Assembly (NCBI GenBank): GCA_963926085.1
Contig: CAWUWV010000430.1
Span: 1-32,041 of the forward strand
Origin: an uncultured Alphaproteobacteria bacterium
Lineage (GTDB): Bacteria; Pseudomonadota; Alphaproteobacteria; Bin95
Length of the DNA: 32,041 nucleotides
Direction: 5' to 3'
The translations under genes and the position numbers were made by a program. Under the pieces are notes generated by a model. That model made no database searches, had not been told where the DNA came from, and saw only the letters and a program-made list of their open reading frames with translations. Below, one piece after another: positions 27,611-32,041 of the stretch (position 1 is its first letter; the number at the start of each line of letters is the position of its first letter).

Positions 27611-28550
27611 CATCACGAAGCTGCGCGACCGCATCCAGGAAGAGGTCGGCAATGTCATCGTTGACCAGGAAGAGGCGGTGGACCTGCTCTTCGCTGCTCT
27701 GCTAACGGGCGGCAACGTCCTGCTCGAAGGACCGCCTGGAACCGCCAAGACGCTGCTTGGCCGGGCTTTCGCAGCTACACTGTCGCTGGATTTCGGGCGC
27801 ATCCAATTCACGCCAGATTTAATGCCGGGCGATGTGCTTGGCATGAACCTGTTCAATTTCGAGTCCAATAGCTTCGTGTTCTCGCCAGGGCCGATCTTCA
27901 CGGAGATCCTGCTGGCGGACGAAGTAAACCGCACGCCGCCCAAAACCCAGGCTGCATTGCTGGAGGCTATGAACGAACGAACAGTCACGATTGATGGCAA
28001 GGTCTGCGAACTCTCTGACGCGTTTATGGTGATCGCCACTCAAAATCCGATTGAGCAGCAGGGGACATACCCGCTACCGGAAGCGCAGTTAGATAGATTC
28101 TTATTCAAGCACTTAATCGATTATCCTGATCTGGAATCGGAGCGTGATATTGTCCGTATGGCGACAGGCTCCATGCGCCATGCCTACAAGCTTAAGGAGA
28201 TCATTCCGGTTGCGGATCTGGAGATCATCAAGGCCTCCCGCCAGGTGGTTCGCCAGACAGTGATCAATGATGAGATTGTGGCCTATGCCGTCGATCTGGC
28301 GCGGGCGACACGGGACCATGTGGCCCTTGATGTCGGTGTGTCGCCACGGGCGGCTGCGATGCTGGCGTCCGCCGCGCGAGCCTATGCTGTGATTGACGGG
28401 CGGGACTATGTGGTGCCTGACGATGTCAAAATTCTGGCGATCCCTGTCCTCCGCCACCGCGTAATCCTAACGCCGGGTGCGGAGATTGATGGCCAGACGA
28501 CGGATAGCGCTGTCGCAGAGGTCATCGCTTCCGTGAACCCACCGCGCTAA
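27597..28550 (+). CDS. moxR: MoxR family AAA+ ATPase
   Basis: Walker [21 protein letters not shown], Walker [44 protein letters not shown] and SPRA motifs. Confidence 0.95.
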   Translation: MSETDITKLRDRIQEEVGNVIVDQEEAVDLLFAALLTGGNVLLEGPPGTAKTLLGRAFAATLSLDFGRIQFTPDLMPGDVLGMNLFNFESNSFVFSPGPIFTEILLADEVNRTPPKTQAALLEAMNERTVTIDGKVCELSDAFMVIATQNPIEQQGTYPLPEAQLDRFLFKHLIDYPDLESERDIVRMATGSMRHAYKLKEIIPVADLEIIKASRQVVRQTVINDEIVAYAVDLARATRDHVALDVGVSPRAAAMLASAARAYAVIDGRDYVVPDDVKILAIPVLRHRVILTPGAEIDGQTTDSAVAEVIASVNPPR

Positions 28551-28571
28551 CCCGCCGCGTTAGACCGCCAA

Positions 28572-29894
28572 ATGATCCGCCCCACCCCACGCTTGATCCT
28601 GCTGACAGGCCTCGCCGCCCCATTGGCGGCGGTGTTGATTGTGATTGATCCCAATTTCTGGGTCGGTGCAGCAGGCTATCTGGCGGCTTTGGCGGCGGCT
28701 GTTCTAGCGGATCATTTGGCGTCCCCCAGCGTCCATGGCGTTGCTGTGGGCTATGAAGCGCCAGATCGCCTCTATATGGCGGATGAAGGCGTGCTCGCAT
28801 TCGAATTGGCGTTCCCGCCGGGGAATGGTGGCCTTATACTGGAAGCCTTGGTCGATGTGGATGACCGGCTAGAGGACATCCCTTTAGTCGCGACGGTCTT
28901 GGATGCTGAAAGTGCCGGCGCATTAACGTTCCCGCTCATTCCAAAGCGACGCGGGGAAATGCAGATCAATCGGCTTTGGCTGCGCTGGCGGGGGCCGTTA
29001 GGGCTTATCTCAAAAGTCCGTTGTGATGAGCTTGATCTGATTTGCCAAGCGATCCCGAACCTACCAGCAGTGAAACGCGCCGCGATCCAATTGGCGCGGC
29101 GGGCCGCTGTGCATGGGGTCAAGCCGCAGTTAGCGGCGGGCGATGGCCTAGAGTTCGATGCCCTTCGTGAGCATCAGCCCGGCATGGACAATCGCGGCAT
29201 TGATTGGAAACAGTCTGCACGGCACCGGAAGCTGCTCTGCAAGGAGTTCAAGGCGGAGCGGAACCACAACATCATCCTGGCGCTCGATACCGGCCAGCTA
29301 ATGCGAGAGCCGATTGAGGGTGCGCCCAAGCTGGACCACGCCATCAACGCAGGCCTCGTATTGGCTTATCAGGCGCTCAGTGAGGGCGATATTGTGAGCG
29401 TCTATGGTTTCGATAAGGCACCCGGCACCTTCGTACGCGCCCAAGGCGGCCCGCGCGCCTTTCCCCAGGTGCTGGAGGCGATGAACCGGCTGGATTACGC
29501 ATCTGAGGAAACCAACTACACCCATGGCCTCGGCGCGTTGATGGCGGGCCTCAGGCAGCGCTCAATCATCGTCGTGATGACGGATATCCTGGACACAGTG
29601 TCCGCAGAGCTGATGATCCGCAATCTGGAACGGATGGCCAGGGAGCATGTGCTGGTGTTTGTCGCGCTCCGTGAACCGTGGATAGAAACCGCCATGCGCC
29701 GCCGTCCTGAGACCGTACAGGACATGGCGGAGATCGTGGTGACCATGGAGCTTGATGATGAAAGAGCGACAGTGCTTAAGCGCTTGAGTCGCGCTGGAAT
29801 TGATCCAATAGATGTTTTACCACATGACCTTAGTACGGCACTTCTAAACCGGTATCTCAAAGTGAAGCAGCGCACGATGGTGGAGTTGGCCTGA
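28572..29894 (+). CDS. DUF58 / VWA-like domain protein with N-terminal TM segments
   Basis: GLEFDALREHQPGMDNRGIDWKQSARH and MIDAS-like LALDTGQLM...MTD motifs. Confidence 0.92.
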   Translation: MIRPTPRLILLTGLAAPLAAVLIVIDPNFWVGAAGYLAALAAAVLADHLASPSVHGVAVGYEAPDRLYMADEGVLAFELAFPPGNGGLILEALVDVDDRLEDIPLVATVLDAESAGALTFPLIPKRRGEMQINRLWLRWRGPLGLISKVRCDELDLICQAIPNLPAVKRAAIQLARRAAVHGVKPQLAAGDGLEFDALREHQPGMDNRGIDWKQSARHRKLLCKEFKAERNHNIILALDTGQLMREPIEGAPKLDHAINAGLVLAYQALSEGDIVSVYGFDKAPGTFVRAQGGPRAFPQVLEAMNRLDYASEETNYTHGLGALMAGLRQRSIIVVMTDILDTVSAELMIRNLERMAREHVLVFVALREPWIETAMRRRPETVQDMAEIVVTMELDDERATVLKRLSRAGIDPIDVLPHDLSTALLNRYLKVKQRTMVELA

Positions 29895-29897
29895 CCC

Positions 29898-30902
29898 ATG
29901 GCAGACGGTCAAATCCATTCAGCGGAGTTCCGGCGGACGCAGGAAGAATCCTGGCGGCGGCTAGAGCATCTGCTTGGCCGCATCGGCAATCGTGAGCCGG
30001 CGCTCAGCCAGGAAGAGCTTTCAGAACTGCCGCAGCTTTATCGCACGACGTTATCGTCGCTCTCGGTCGCGCGGAATTATGTGCTGGATCAGCGGCTGAT
30101 TGCATATCTGGAGGCGTTCTGTCTCCGGGCTTATGTCGTCGTCTACGCGCCTCGAGAGCGGCTGGGCGGGTTGTTGAAGCATGGCCTCGCTATTGGTTTC
30201 CCACGTGCGATCTGCGCGGCGGGCATTGAGTTAGCGTTGTCGGCGCTTTGCATAGCCGTCGGCATGTTGGCTGGATGGGCCATTGTCGCGGCGGACCCTG
30301 AGTTGTTCTACAGCATCATTCCAGAAAGCTTGGCAGGCGGTCGTGGGCCGGACCAAACACGGGAACTGATGGCGAAGTCGCTGGAAGGCGGTGTTGAGAC
30401 AGCGGCTGCCGCCCAATCATTCGTGTTGCAGCTGGCCAGCCATAACGCAGGCATTGCGCTCCTGGCGGCGGGGCTGGGCATCGCCTTTGGACTGCCAACA
30501 ATCCTGTTGCTAGCCTACAATGGCGCAATCCTAGGCGCGATGCTTGCTGCATTCGACGTACATGGCCTGCTGGTGCCGTTTATCGCGTGGCTGAGTGTCC
30601 ATGGCGTGACAGAACTAGGTGCGATCATTATTGCTGGGGCAGGCGGCCTAACGATCGCCCGAGGGCTTTTATTCCCCAAGGTAGATGAAACGCGGATGGC
30701 GGCAGCCAAGCGTCATGGGATGCATGGCGGCTTCTTGGCTGCGGGGGCGTTCGCCATGCTGTTTGTTGCGGCATTCTTCGAGGGCGTGCTGCGTCAAGCG
30801 ATTGAGCCGACGGCGGCCCGGCTGATATTCGGCGGTGCGACCGCGATCTTCTGGCTCTGGTACTTCCAGCGTGGCCGGGCAAGCCGGAGAGGGCAGCGAT
30901 GA
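29898..30902 (+). CDS. Stage II sporulation protein M (SpoIIM/DUF95) family membrane protein
   Basis: W.RLE.LL, LYR...SSLSVAR, HNAGIA, YNGAILG, HGVTELGAI and AAFFEG motifs. Confidence 0.9.
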   Translation: MADGQIHSAEFRRTQEESWRRLEHLLGRIGNREPALSQEELSELPQLYRTTLSSLSVARNYVLDQRLIAYLEAFCLRAYVVVYAPRERLGGLLKHGLAIGFPRAICAAGIELALSALCIAVGMLAGWAIVAADPELFYSIIPESLAGGRGPDQTRELMAKSLEGGVETAAAAQSFVLQLASHNAGIALLAAGLGIAFGLPTILLLAYNGAILGAMLAAFDVHGLLVPFIAWLSVHGVTELGAIIIAGAGGLTIARGLLFPKVDETRMAAAKRHGMHGGFLAAGAFAMLFVAAFFEGVLRQAIEPTAARLIFGGATAIFWLWYFQRGRASRRGQR

Positions 30903-31957
30903 TTGACGTGCCCGCGCCAAAGCTCCGCAACACCCCATCAATGGCGGAGCAGACAAAGCCACAAGCCAAGCAGCGGGATATCATCACGCCGGAAGGTGTG
31001 CGCCTGACAGTGACAATCGCGGACTACAGCACCCGCATGGCAGCTGCGCTGATAGATGCGTTGTTCGTTGTGGGGGCGATTATTGTCGTGGCCTTGCTCG
31101 CGATCTTCGCGGATATGCGCAGCAGTGTCGTCTGGTCCTATGTGGGCTTCTTCGCATTCCTGGCCCGCGTTCTGTATTTCCCGTGGTTTGAGCTCATTCT
31201 GAATGGGCGGACACCTGGTAAGCGCTCTATCGGCATTCGGGTTATTGGCCGCAATGGCGCGCCTTTGACCGCTGCCGCTGTTCTAGCGCGGAACCTCGCC
31301 CGTGAGGTGGAGATGTGGTTGCCGCTGACATTCGCGCTATTGAGCGGTGACGGCGACCCGCTCGTGACCTTACTGACTTTGGCGTGGGTGCTCTGCTTTG
31401 CAACGATCCCGCTATTCAGCGCCGAGCGGATGCGGGCTGGGGATGTGTTGGCCGGAACCTGGGTTGTCGTCGATCCCAAGCCATCGCTGGTGCGTGACCT
31501 GCTGGATGATAGCCCAGCACCAGCTAAAGCGCCGCCAATCGCAGTCTCACCAGTCGCTACAACGGAGAATGAGGACGCAACGCCGAAGCCGCTGGAGGTA
31601 GCGCCGCCGCTTCCTGTTGAGCTTGCGCCTGAACCGGAACTCGCAGTGGTGTTTACGCCAACGCAGCTAGACGCCTATGGCGAGGCGGAACTGAACACAC
31701 TGGCAGACTTGCTCTATGCCGATGGGCCTGGTCTGGATGAGAAGTTCCAAGCCGTTGCCCAAGCCATCGCCAAGAAGATCGACCACGATCGTATTTCCGG
31801 CGATGAACAGCTTGAAAACAAAGCATTCCTGGAAGCCTATTACCGCGCCGCCCGTGCCAAGATGGAGATGGATGCGCAATGGGGTCGGTTGCGCCAGAAT
31901 AAGTTTGACCATGATCGTGGTCGGAAGACCAATTCAGATCAATCAGAAAATGAATAA
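30899..31957 (+). CDS. RDD family membrane protein
   Basis: TPEGV, RMAAALID, GRTPGKR..GIRV, RNLAREVE and RAGDVLAGTWVV motifs. ATGA overlap with SpoIIM (ATG 30940 is an alternative start). Confidence 0.9.
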   Translation: MIDVPAPKLRNTPSMAEQTKPQAKQRDIITPEGVRLTVTIADYSTRMAAALIDALFVVGAIIVVALLAIFADMRSSVVWSYVGFFAFLARVLYFPWFELILNGRTPGKRSIGIRVIGRNGAPLTAAAVLARNLAREVEMWLPLTFALLSGDGDPLVTLLTLAWVLCFATIPLFSAERMRAGDVLAGTWVVVDPKPSLVRDLLDDSPAPAKAPPIAVSPVATTENEDATPKPLEVAPPLPVELAPEPELAVVFTPTQLDAYGEAELNTLADLLYADGPGLDEKFQAVAQAIAKKIDHDRISGDEQLENKAFLEAYYRAARAKMEMDAQWGRLRQNKFDHDRGRKTNSDQSENE

Positions 31958-31976
31958 AACCTGGAAAGTCACTGAT

Positions 31977-32041
31977 ATGTCGATGAAGATTGATGATGTT
32001 TTAGCTGAAGTGGTCAATGGATCGCTTGATGCTGCGGCCTC
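31977..32041 (+). CDS. Possible start of the next operon gene (partial; MSMKIDDVLAEVVNGSLDAAA...)
   Basis: ATG 19 nt after the RDD stop, open to the window edge. Too short to identify. Confidence 0.4.
   Translation, partial: MSMKIDDVLAEVVNGSLDAAA

Noticed and set aside
29898-30902. Sporulation function implied by the SpoIIM name
   Set aside because: The family is widespread in non-sporulating bacteria within MoxR clusters, and there are no other sporulation genes here.
1-32041. CRISPR array, tRNA/rRNA, prophage or recognisable anti-phage defence genes
   Set aside because: No regularly spaced repeats, cloverleaf or rRNA motifs, or phage or defence domains were recognised, and the intergenic gaps are short.

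Overview
This is a gene-dense, moderately GC-rich bacterial window, most consistent with an alphaproteobacterium. That call is inferred from gene content (NDUFA9-like epimerase, PrpE, style of the RDD/MoxR cluster). From left to right it holds: (1) the end of an IS630-family insertion sequence that truncates an FG-GAP/integrin-like beta-propeller gene, followed by a FecR-domain gene; (2) housekeeping and catabolic genes (DUF255 thioredoxin protein, two MaoC dehydratases, DJ-1/PfpI, NDUFA9-like SDR, RlmI-type methyltransferase, N-acyl-D-amino-acid deacylase, orphan hydantoinase B, SDRs, PrpE, acyl-CoA synthetase); (3) a small disrupted TPR gene with a 7-bp tandem repeat just after its probable start and an in-frame TAG; (4) a minus-strand operon of an MMPL/RND transporter fused to a LolA-like sorting domain, an outer-membrane barrel and a TetR regulator, with a palindromic operator-like site upstream. 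The fusion keeps an internal RBS, ATG and signal peptide; (5) a divergent operon of DUF4129, DUF4350, MoxR, DUF58, SpoIIM and RDD genes, headed by a membrane protein that looks like an M48/HtpX metalloprotease with all catalytic residues replaced. No rRNA, tRNA or CRISPR array was seen. All family calls come from motif recognition by eye, not from database searches.
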